This document shows positions 1 through 8,300 of a DNA stretch of 64,000 bases, piece after piece (the first letter of the stretch is position 1; the number at the start of each line of letters is the position of its first letter). Source of the stretch: Patescibacteria group bacterium (GTDB lineage Bacteria > Patescibacteriota > CPR2 > UBA1875); NCBI GenBank assembly GCA_041737595.1, contig JBGSRK010000010.1:64001-128000 (forward strand), in the 5' to 3' direction. The notes under the pieces were generated by a model. That model was not told the DNA's origin and made no database searches. It saw nothing but the letters and a program-made list of their open reading frames with translations. The translations under genes and the position numbers were made by a program.

Positions 1-3
1 AAA

Positions 4-2409
4 TTATGATTTTACTTTTAGTTCTTTTGCAGTTTGTTCGAGGTCTTTTTTATCTACACTATCAGGAAGGGGCGTTTCAATCCCTGCTGCTTTTGTTGCA
101 ATCACATCTCCTGTGGCAATTGGACTCCCAGGTGTAACAGTTGCTCCTATTTCTGCTTTTGTATTTTCTAAAACTGATGGGCTAACCCCTATTCCTGCAG
201 CAAGTTCTCCAATAGCTGGGGTTGTAGGAGAACCAGGTGTTGGGGCAGGAGCAGAAGCTCGTTTTATTTTTAATTTTGATTTTATTGGTAATTTAAATCC
301 AAATACTGATCCTTTGCCTTCTTCTGAATGAAAAATAAGTTCTCCACCATGATCATCCATAACACGTTTTGCAAGATAAATCCCAAGCCCTGTTCCATCT
401 GGACGAACATGTCTTGCGTTATCGGCTCGATAAAACTTAGTAAACAAATTTGCCTGTTGAGCCTTAGGGACACCAATACCTGTATCTGTTACTTTAAAAA
501 TAACGTTTTCTTTATCATGTTCAAGGGTTATTGTGGCACTTCCTTCAGTCGTATAATAAACCGCATTATCTATAAAATTCATCATTACCTGTCTTATTTT
601 TGTTTCGTCGGCCCAAACATGAGGAGTTTTGCCCTTTATTACAAGTGATAATTTTAATTTCTTTTCTTTAGCATGATTTTGTAATTGTTTAACTTCTTCC
701 CCTGCCACTCTTTCCATATCAATCTCCACTGGTTCAATAAAAAATCTGCCTGTTTCCATTCTTGATACATTCAAAAGATCATTTATTAACCCAACCATAC
801 GATTTGCGCCCGAAAAAGCCTCGTTTACGAAGTCGTATTGTGAAACTTTTATTTCCCCTGCATCACCTTCAAGCAACATAGAAAGATAGCCCTTGATGGC
901 TGTAAGTGGTGTACGAAGCTGATGAGAAGCCATTGAGATAAATTCATCCTTAGCTTTATCAAGTTCTCGGAGCTGACTATTCTTTTTTTCAAGTTCATGA
1001 GTTGCTTTTTTAATCTCCTGCCGTAAAGTAACATTAAATTTTTCAATCTTTTCAAAAGACTTTGCATTAGTAATCGCAACTGCCATTTCTGGAGCAATAA
1101 TTTCAAATATTTTATGATCAGAACCAGAATACATATCACCAGATTGTTTTTCGCCAAGAAGAAGTACACCAACTGTGTCTGCATTTGTTTTTATCGGCAC
1201 AGAAACAGAAACATTATATTTTTTTAGAAGTTTTTTATAATGAGATGAGTCTTCTAATTCATCACTAATTAATATGCCATCTTTTGCAAGCTTAACTATA
1301 TCTGCTTCTTCTAATTTTATTGCTTCTTTATAACCTATGGTTTGAGAATTATATATCTCGCCAACATCTGTTAAAACAACTAAAACCCCTCTTGTAATTT
1401 TCATTTCACGCTGCAGAAGTTCAAGTATTTTATACATCATTTCAATAAGAACAATTGTGGAACCGATTGTATGCGCAAAAGTATCTAGAAGTGCCTCTGG
1501 ATCATATTGATTTTTAAAGAATATTTTATCTGTAATACGCGTAATCCAACGCTTAAGTGGTTGGAAAGAGAAAGCCATAAGAACAGCAAGAGTTGTACGA
1601 ACGGCCATTTGTCCAAGATTTAATGTGTTTTGTCCTGGGAATAAAATACGCTCAAATCCAAAAACACCTCCAGCGTAAATTGCCGCCATTGAAAATACCA
1701 GAATTGAATACGCCACAGACCGCGCCACCACCATCCGAATATCCATCATTTTATGTTTGACAATCGCATAAGCAGTAAATGATAAGAAGAAAATTAAAGA
1801 AGAAGGGATAATGCTTGAACCAACAATCTTCCCTAACATTAAAGAAATCCCCAAAATTGACAATGCAATAACAGCAGTTAAAAATACTCCAAAAAACATC
1901 AGTTTAATCTGTTCTCTAACTATCCCTTTTGATTTATAGCGCTTATATAAAAGCATGCTAAGGGCTAAAATTGAATATAAAATAAAATATATTTGAAAAT
2001 ATATATAAAGTTGGCCTGGAATCATTTCAGCTATATTCCCATCAACTATATTTACAGATAAATTTGAATTACTTAATAAATAAGGGAGAAAGAATAAAGG
2101 TGGCAAAAATAAAACTAGTTTGAATATTTTATTAATTTTTGGTTTTTCAATAGGAAAATATATAGAAAAAAGCAATAAAAAAGAAGCAATAAATAATGCT
2201 CCTAATAATGTGGTCCTAGACCAAAAAAGTTCTCCACTTACAGTACTTGAAAAATCGGCAAGTATATTAGTTATTAACCATAACACCATTGATGCACCAA
2301 TCCCGGCAAAACTAATATTGATACTGTTTTTTATATTACGCAACAAAACTAATATTGAAATAAATATTGTTACTAATAAAACTAAAATTCCAACGTATGT
2401 TCCAAACAC
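4..2409 (-). CDS. Membrane sensor histidine kinase (N-terminal 7TM region, GAF, HisKA, HATPase_c, low-complexity tail)
   Basis: Multiple hydrophobic helices; H-box SHQLRTPLT; N-box NFIDNAVYY; G boxes DTGIG and GTGLG; GGAGG before the GTG start. Confidence 0.93.
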   Translation of the reverse strand: MFGTYVGILVLLVTIFISILVLLRNIKNSINISFAGIGASMVLWLITNILADFSSTVSGELFWSRTTLLGALFIASFLLLFSIYFPIEKPKINKIFKLVLFLPPLFFLPYLLSNSNLSVNIVDGNIAEMIPGQLYIYFQIYFILYSILALSMLLYKRYKSKGIVREQIKLMFFGVFLTAVIALSILGISLMLGKIVGSSIIPSSLIFFLSFTAYAIVKHKMMDIRMVVARSVAYSILVFSMAAIYAGGVFGFERILFPGQNTLNLGQMAVRTTLAVLMAFSFQPLKRWITRITDKIFFKNQYDPEALLDTFAHTIGSTIVLIEMMYKILELLQREMKITRGVLVVLTDVGEIYNSQTIGYKEAIKLEEADIVKLAKDGILISDELEDSSHYKKLLKKYNVSVSVPIKTNADTVGVLLLGEKQSGDMYSGSDHKIFEIIAPEMAVAITNAKSFEKIEKFNVTLRQEIKKATHELEKKNSQLRELDKAKDEFISMASHQLRTPLTAIKGYLSMLLEGDAGEIKVSQYDFVNEAFSGANRMVGLINDLLNVSRMETGRFFIEPVEIDMERVAGEEVKQLQNHAKEKKLKLSLVIKGKTPHVWADETKIRQVMMNFIDNAVYYTTEGSATITLEHDKENVIFKVTDTGIGVPKAQQANLFTKFYRADNARHVRPDGTGLGIYLAKRVMDDHGGELIFHSEEGKGSVFGFKLPIKSKLKIKRASAPAPTPGSPTTPAIGELAAGIGVSPSVLENTKAEIGATVTPGSPIATGDVIATKAAGIETPLPDSVDKKDLEQTAKELKVKS

Positions 2410-2445
2410 TTTCCCTCCGAATTTAATAAGCTATAAACCATTATA

Positions 2446-3111
2446 TTATTTTTTAGCAATAATTAGAACACTAGTATTACAGTAAACTAATTTTTTTGTA
2501 ATAACATTTAGCCCACTATTATTAATGGCTTCGATTATTTCGTCTTTTTTATATATTCTAATATTTTTCGGATTAACTAAAAATATATTTAACAAAAAAA
2601 CTAAAATTAGACCTGGAGTATATATAATAATTTTAGGGATATATTTAGCCTTAATCCCAGTTAATGAACATTTTATAATTTTTAAAATATTATTTTCAAT
2701 TGAACTGGTTATTACTAATTCTCCATTTTCTGTTAATAATGAGTTAATTTCTAAAAAAAATTTATTTATATCATCTACCCCTATTAGAGAATTTATTGAA
2801 ATTATTTTTTCAAATTTTTTATTTAATGGATAATGATATTTATTCATATCATGGATAATAAAACTACCTTTTTTGATTTTTTTCTTCGATATTTTAACCA
2901 TCTGTTTTGAACTATCCATCATAGTAAAATTGCCAGTATCACCATATAATCTTTCAAAATTACCAGTACCTGAACCAATATCTAACACATTTTCATTGGA
3001 GTTTATATTTGAAGCAATAAATATGTTATTTAATAATTGATTATAAGAGGGTAACGCTAATAAAGAATTATATAAATATGAATAAACATGCCATAAATAT
3101 TTTTCTTTCAT
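2446..3111 (-). CDS. Class I SAM-dependent methyltransferase
   Basis: VLDIGSGTG motif I; overlaps the ThiF stop by 4 nt. Confidence 0.85.
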   Translation of the reverse strand: MKEKYLWHVYSYLYNSLLALPSYNQLLNNIFIASNINSNENVLDIGSGTGNFERLYGDTGNFTMMDSSKQMVKISKKKIKKGSFIIHDMNKYHYPLNKKFEKIISINSLIGVDDINKFFLEINSLLTENGELVITSSIENNILKIIKCSLTGIKAKYIPKIIIYTPGLILVFLLNIFLVNPKNIRIYKKDEIIEAINNSGLNVITKKLVYCNTSVLIIAKK

Positions 3112-3923
3112 TTTTTTAATAACTCATAAAAATCAATTTCATAATATTCTGGGGTGATTTTTAATTCTTTTTTATACACAAATTGTTTTATTATAGCCAT
3201 CTCAATAAGAGATGCTGCGGCCGTAACACCTAAACTAGTACTGGGAATATATGTTTCTCTTTTGAATATTTTTTGAGCCAAAGCTTTTGCAGTATAAGTA
3301 GGAATTTTAGGGCAAAACTTATTTATTGGGATTCTATGTTTGTTTATGGCCTCTGTTGTCATTTTTTCTGGTTTTTTTAATCCAATATAATCTTCAAATT
3401 TTATACTTTTATCAGAAAAAACAAATAAATTCGCCCCTAAACCAATTGCTTGAGCCGCAAGAACAATTTTATTATTTTCTCTGGCTACCTTATGAAGTAA
3501 GTATAAATAGTAAGGCAGATTATATTCTATAGCATCTACAATAATATCTGATTGTACAAATCTTTGTACATTTTCTTCTGACACACCCTCTTTAAATATC
3601 TCTATCTTGAGATTGGGATTTATTTTTTTACAATTATCTAAAATTATATCGATTTTTTTTCTATTTATATTAGTAGAATCCGAAAAAATTTGTCTATTTA
3701 AATTTGAAATTTCAAAAATATCAGGTTCAGCAACTTTAAATTTTTCTATTCCAAGCCGAACAAGTCTTTCAAATAAAATTCCACCCACACCACCAAGCCC
3801 AGCTATTGATACTGAAATATTTTTTATTTTCTCTTGTTCTTTTTCTGTAAAAACTCCAATATTCCTCTGAAAAATTTCATCATAAGTATATTTTTGTTTT
3901 TTATCGGACTTTTTGTCGGTCAT
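3108..3923 (-). CDS. ThiF/E1-like adenylyltransferase
   Basis: GLGGVGG, DIFEISNLNRQ and IVDAIE motifs; AAGGGGG RBS. Confidence 0.9.
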   Translation of the reverse strand: MTDKKSDKKQKYTYDEIFQRNIGVFTEKEQEKIKNISVSIAGLGGVGGILFERLVRLGIEKFKVAEPDIFEISNLNRQIFSDSTNINRKKIDIILDNCKKINPNLKIEIFKEGVSEENVQRFVQSDIIVDAIEYNLPYYLYLLHKVARENNKIVLAAQAIGLGANLFVFSDKSIKFEDYIGLKKPEKMTTEAINKHRIPINKFCPKIPTYTAKALAQKIFKRETYIPSTSLGVTAAASLIEMAIIKQFVYKKELKITPEYYEIDFYELLKK

Positions 3924-4020
3924 AAATCCCCCTTGCTTTGTGCTTCCATAATAACATAAATGATACTTTCATAAAATTATAAATATAAATACAAATTTAA
4001 AAGAACTGACCTTATCAAAA

Positions 4021-4045
4021 TTGATGGAAGTCGGACTTCCATCAA
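4021..4045. repeat. Perfect palindrome, REP-like
   Basis: TTGATGGAAGT-CGG-ACTTCCATCAA. Confidence 0.7.
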
Positions 4046-4051
4046 TTTATC

Positions 4052-4103
4052 TACTTCACTTTATAAAAGCACAAGCAAATTATGTACTTCACTTTAGTGA
4101 CGT
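4052..4103. repeat. 52-bp dispersed repeat, copy 1
   Basis: 45/52 identical to 6500-6551. Confidence 0.85.
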
Positions 4104-4138
4104 ATCTAAATATTTATATGTTTATTTTTTCTTTTAAT

Positions 4139-5152
4139 TTATTCCGAGGTAGCATGTTTAATCATTACCTCTACTTCTTGACTTGCATTAATGTATTTTA
4201 CTTCTCTTTTCTTGTTTTGATTTGCCCAAACTCTAAAAATCTCATCAGCAAAGCCCTGCCCTATCATTTTTATACCCTTAAAATCTAAAGTTAAAATATC
4301 AAATTTACCAAGACCAAAAAGAATTCTTCTTGCTTGAGATCTGGAAATATAAACTGTATCGTTTTTATAAAGATTTACTTTTATTTCTGTTTTAGTAAAC
4401 TTAAATGTTTCAGGATCGGAATACTTATTAAAAACATCAGAGAGATTTTTGATAGCGTCTTTTTTAATAGAAAAAGAAACCCGAGTCCCGCATCTTTTTG
4501 GGTTAGTAGCAAGAAAAACGTCGGGTATGGTATTATCAAAAATAATTTTATGCCCCGAGCCATATATTATAAATTTATCTGCAATCTTTGAGGTAAAAAA
4601 AATCCCTTCACCCGAATGTGCCTCTGGCGCGGTGGTTTGTTTCCCTTTCATTAAATCTTGTATTGCTTCAATATCTGACTTTAATTTTTTTTTCTTCCTT
4701 ATATTATTAAAAATACCAACACCATCATCTGAGATATTAAAATTAATCAGATTATTATCTTTTTCAAATTGAATATTTATTTTTTCAGATTTTGAATGAT
4801 CTATCGCATTATTAAGCATTTCGGTAAATGCATAAGTAATAATTTCTTTTGTTTTTTTACTAACATCACTAAACAATGTTTCATCTTTTATTCTGTCCCA
4901 AATAAAATCCTCGCTCAGGTCCTTATTTTTAAATTCCCGCATTAAAACCTTGCTTGCAAAGTTTTTAGAACCAAGAACATAAATAGCTTTGTTGGCCCTA
5001 CCAATAAGAGATATTTCACCTAGGCGAACCATTTCACTCATCTTTCGTTGTATATACGCACGACTATAGCCAGTTTCAAGTGTAATATCTGAAACTTTAA
5101 TTTGCCCTTTTTCTTTTATTCTCTTCTTTACTATTTCTTTTATTTTTTCCAT
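4139..5152 (-). CDS. wHTH + HATPase_c + STAS-like (DUF4325) protein
   Basis: N-terminal HTH; EMLNNAIDHS, DDGVGIF and HSGEGIFF; C-terminal SRSQARR...LDF...GQGFADEIFR. Confidence 0.85.
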   Translation of the reverse strand: MEKIKEIVKKRIKEKGQIKVSDITLETGYSRAYIQRKMSEMVRLGEISLIGRANKAIYVLGSKNFASKVLMREFKNKDLSEDFIWDRIKDETLFSDVSKKTKEIITYAFTEMLNNAIDHSKSEKINIQFEKDNNLINFNISDDGVGIFNNIRKKKKLKSDIEAIQDLMKGKQTTAPEAHSGEGIFFTSKIADKFIIYGSGHKIIFDNTIPDVFLATNPKRCGTRVSFSIKKDAIKNLSDVFNKYSDPETFKFTKTEIKVNLYKNDTVYISRSQARRILFGLGKFDILTLDFKGIKMIGQGFADEIFRVWANQNKKREVKYINASQEVEVMIKHATSE

Positions 5153-5211
5153 GATTTGTTTACAACTTATTATAATTAGATTTTATATAGTTGTATATAA
5201 GTTGTCAACTA

Positions 5212-5595
5212 TTAAACTTGATTATTAATCTTTTCTTTTAACTTATTCCAAAATAAAAAGGTTGAAATAAAAATCCAACCAATAAAAAGCACCCAGAACC
5301 ACCAAGGAATATTTCGGCCCCAACCAATTACATAAATATATGGCATAACCCAAGCGGCTCGATTAACCACTAATGGGAAAATAAATCCGTTTTCGGTTAG
5401 AATATCTGTAATTTTAAGATTTAAATTTTTGTCTTTATATCTTTTTCTAAAATCTACTGCCTCGCGCAAAAGCCCATACCAACCGAAGTAATAGAATGGG
5501 ACAGAAAATAACATCAAAAAAATAAATATTTTTGGGTCAACATGATATTGGTTAACAGCGAGATCGTTCCATATCTGAATAATATTAATATTCAT
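5212..5595 (-). CDS. Small membrane protein
   Basis: About 3 hydrophobic segments; overlaps the upstream gene. Confidence 0.7.
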   Translation of the reverse strand: MNINIIQIWNDLAVNQYHVDPKIFIFLMLFSVPFYYFGWYGLLREAVDFRKRYKDKNLNLKITDILTENGFIFPLVVNRAAWVMPYIYVIGWGRNIPWWFWVLFIGWIFISTFLFWNKLKEKINNQV

Positions 5596-6373
5596 CCCTT
5601 ATGAGCCCCCCTAAACTAACAATAGAACGAACCACAACTTCGTTACCTGGTTTTAAATAATGTTTTGCAAAAATTCGAAGCTTTTTATCTGGGATATTTT
5701 CTGTTTCTCTAAAAATAAGATTCGGCTTATCATCATAAAAACCTATCATTACGTCACCACATCTATCAAGTTTTCGATAAGTTTCACCTGTTGCTTTAAG
5801 ATAAAGATTGATCGTTTCCCAAGTTCTATCATCTGCATAATCAATCTTCCCTGTTTTCTCGTCTACTTTATACGGGTTAGGATAAATAAAATCAGCCACT
5901 TTTGCTAAAGCCCCAATAGTTCTAATATTAGGAGTAATAAAAACAAACTCAATTTTTGTTTTAAAGTGTAATAAATTTTCCATGAATATTTTAAGGCCAA
6001 GAGTAGCATGCATTTTTTTCATAAAGCCAAGCCCTTGATAATCAGGGTCAACAGCCGTAAGCCCAAATGAATACACATATCTTCCATCAATATGAATTTT
6101 TTTAATCGGGGCTACCCCAATTAGATCATCCTTATTATTTCTTAAAAGCATTAAATATCTTGTATGTAAAATACTGTTTTCCAAATATTTCTTAGGAAAT
6201 TTGCCCCAAGCTTTTTCAACCACTTTTGAAATCTCTTCAAGCGCTTCGGATTGATTTTTTTTAGGGATATTGTTTAGCGAATCTTTAATTATTTCGGCAT
6301 AAAAATGAACACTCTCTGCAGAGCGTACCACTCTTAATTCTTTAACATTACTAAATTTAGAATAACGCTTCAT
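5585..6373 (-). CDS. GNAT-fold acyltransferase-like protein
   Basis: AVDPDYQGLG acyl-CoA binding motif A. Confidence 0.7.
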   Translation of the reverse strand: MKRYSKFSNVKELRVVRSAESVHFYAEIIKDSLNNIPKKNQSEALEEISKVVEKAWGKFPKKYLENSILHTRYLMLLRNNKDDLIGVAPIKKIHIDGRYVYSFGLTAVDPDYQGLGFMKKMHATLGLKIFMENLLHFKTKIEFVFITPNIRTIGALAKVADFIYPNPYKVDEKTGKIDYADDRTWETINLYLKATGETYRKLDRCGDVMIGFYDDKPNLIFRETENIPDKKLRIFAKHYLKPGNEVVVRSIVSLGGLIRDEY

Positions 6374-6499
6374 TAATAATTGCTTTAACCACTACATTTT
6401 AACATAATTTATTATTTTTTATCATAAAACTTGTAATTCAAAAAAAACTAAAAATCAATTAACTCCATTCACAATAAATGTGTATATACCACACTACTA

Positions 6500-6551
6500 T
6501 ACTTCACTTTATGAAAGCATAAGCATGTTATGTACTTCGCTTTAGCGAAGT
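6500..6551. repeat. 52-bp dispersed repeat, copy 2
   Basis: Ends in perfect hairpin ACTTCGCT-TT-AGCGAAGT. Confidence 0.85.
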
Positions 6552-6566
6552 GGTTAGACAAAAAAA

Positions 6567-7235
6567 TTAAGAAACTTTTTTTCTATATTTTTTTAGAAAA
6601 ACTTTAATTGTTTTTGATAAAATCTTTCCAAAGTCTTTTTCTGATTTCGCAATTTTTTCGATATCTTTTCTAAGATTTTGGTGGTTTGGATATCCTTTAG
6701 ACGGTATACTCCATTTTTCAAATTCAGGGTTCAGAAGTACTGTTAGCGCTTCTTTAATATCATGTGCTTGTTGATTTGAAAGACCAGCATCAAGCATCAT
6801 CTTCCAATAATATTTATGAACTATAAGATGCATACATTCATGCATCGCAGTTTTATAAAACCAATCTGGACTTGCCCCATAATGGGCATAAAATCCCCCA
6901 TCATCCGAATCATATGGACAACGCATATTAGTTGTAAAAATTACATAAACTTCTTTAAATGGTACTTTTTTACCAGTTATTTTTATAAGAGGTTCTTCTA
7001 TATTTTTTGGATTTATGGCAACCTGCATCCATTCAATATATTTTTTTACTGCACCACTCTTATAATATTTATTATTTAAATATGCACGCATTTTCTTTTT
7101 ATCATGAGCATCCTTTTTTGTTAGATCTTTGGGCCAATTTTTAAGCCAATCCTGCCCATAGGAACCTGTATTATTTAAGGTTTCTTGCCAATTCCAAACA
7201 TCACTAGATATACTTTCCTTATATATTAATTTCAT
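6567..7235 (-). CDS. Hypothetical protein, zincin-like HEXXH
   Basis: HECMH plus downstream E (DIKEALT); AAGGAG RBS. Confidence 0.65.
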   Translation of the reverse strand: MKLIYKESISSDVWNWQETLNNTGSYGQDWLKNWPKDLTKKDAHDKKKMRAYLNNKYYKSGAVKKYIEWMQVAINPKNIEEPLIKITGKKVPFKEVYVIFTTNMRCPYDSDDGGFYAHYGASPDWFYKTAMHECMHLIVHKYYWKMMLDAGLSNQQAHDIKEALTVLLNPEFEKWSIPSKGYPNHQNLRKDIEKIAKSEKDFGKILSKTIKVFLKKYRKKVS

Positions 7236-7327
7236 TTTATCTCCTTTTACTACTTATAATTATTCTACCACTAATTACTTAAAATATTATATTCCTTATC
7301 TTAAAAATATAGACCTAGATATTATAA

Positions 7328-7361
7328 CATAAGCATGTTATGTACTTCACTTTAGTGACGT
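7328..7361. repeat. Partial third copy of the 52-bp repeat
   Basis: CATAAGCATGTTATGTACTTCACTTTAGTGACGT. Confidence 0.8.
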
Positions 7362-7399
7362 GACTATATAAATTTTACTAAATATATTTATTTTTATTC

Positions 7400-7425
7400 A
7401 CTTTACTAATGTACATTAGTAAAGT
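7400..7425. repeat. Perfect 26-bp palindrome, possible operator
   Basis: ACTTTACTAATGT-ACATTAGTAAAGT between divergent genes. Confidence 0.65.
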
Positions 7426-7492
7426 AGTTAAAAATATTTTTAAAAAAATGAATAAATATCGGTGTTTGTGATAAAATTTATCTACATATTTT

Positions 7493-7963
7493 ATGAACTA
7501 TTTATATTTAACCCCAGAAGATAAAGATAAGGTCGAAATAAAAATCGACCTGTTAAAACATGAAAAGGAGTTATTTTCACGAAAACTTGGAGAAGCTGCA
7601 GCACACGGTGGGTCATTCCCCCAAGGAATTCCAGAATATGTTGTTCTTGAAAATAAAATTCATCGGTTGGAAGATGAAATGATTTTGCTTAAAAAAATAT
7701 TAGATGAATACGAAATTATCGAAATAGAAAAATTACCAAAAAATATTATTACTACTTATTCCAATGTAAAAGCAGAAAATAATGAGAATATAACTACCTT
7801 TCAAATAATCGAGTCTATAATATCTAAAGAAAAAGATGGAATAAAAATAGTTTCTCCCAAAAGCCCTGTTGGTTCGGCGTTTCTTGGGAAAAAGAAAGGA
7901 GAGGTTGCAAAAGTCAACCTCCCCCAAAAAAACGAGATATATAAAATTCTAGAAATTAATTAA
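7493..7963 (+). CDS. GreA/GreB-family factor with atypical tip
   Basis: YLTPE start, coiled coil, C-terminal VSPKSPVGSAFLGKKKGE. Confidence 0.85.
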   Translation: MNYLYLTPEDKDKVEIKIDLLKHEKELFSRKLGEAAAHGGSFPQGIPEYVVLENKIHRLEDEMILLKKILDEYEIIEIEKLPKNIITTYSNVKAENNENITTFQIIESIISKEKDGIKIVSPKSPVGSAFLGKKKGEVAKVNLPQKNEIYKILEIN

Positions 7964-7969
7964 TCTTTT

Positions 7970-8290
7970 TTATATTTTCCCAATATCATCTGTCTGAAGT
8001 GCTTGATTCATTTCAATAATTCTATTTTTTAATAATTCAAATTCTTCTCGAGCAATGATATCAATATTAGGAACATTATCTACAATATATTTATTTGCTT
8101 CTTCATTTTTACCTTCAGCAATAATTTTCTCAAGTTCTTTAACTTTTTCTTCAGGTAATTCATCCATAATTCTTGATGAAATTTTTTCTTCTAAAATCTC
8201 TGCGTATTTCTTGCGCATCTCGTCTTTTTCTTCATTACTTAAATGTTCAAGTTTAAGTTCTTTAATTAAATCAAATTTTAGATCTGTCAT
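7970..8290 (-). CDS. DUF5663-like small acidic helical protein
   Basis: Typical CPR family pattern ending VPNIDIIAREEF; GGAGG RBS. Confidence 0.65.
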   Translation of the reverse strand: MTDLKFDLIKELKLEHLSNEEKDEMRKKYAEILEEKISSRIMDELPEEKVKELEKIIAEGKNEEANKYIVDNVPNIDIIAREEFELLKNRIIEMNQALQTDDIGKI

Positions 8291-8300
8291 AATTCCTCCT

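Noticed and set aside
6481-6560. Integron attC site (GTCTAAC after a stop codon on the minus strand)
   Set aside because: No matching GTTRRRY end, the other repeat copies lack RYYYAAC, and there is no IntI gene in the window.
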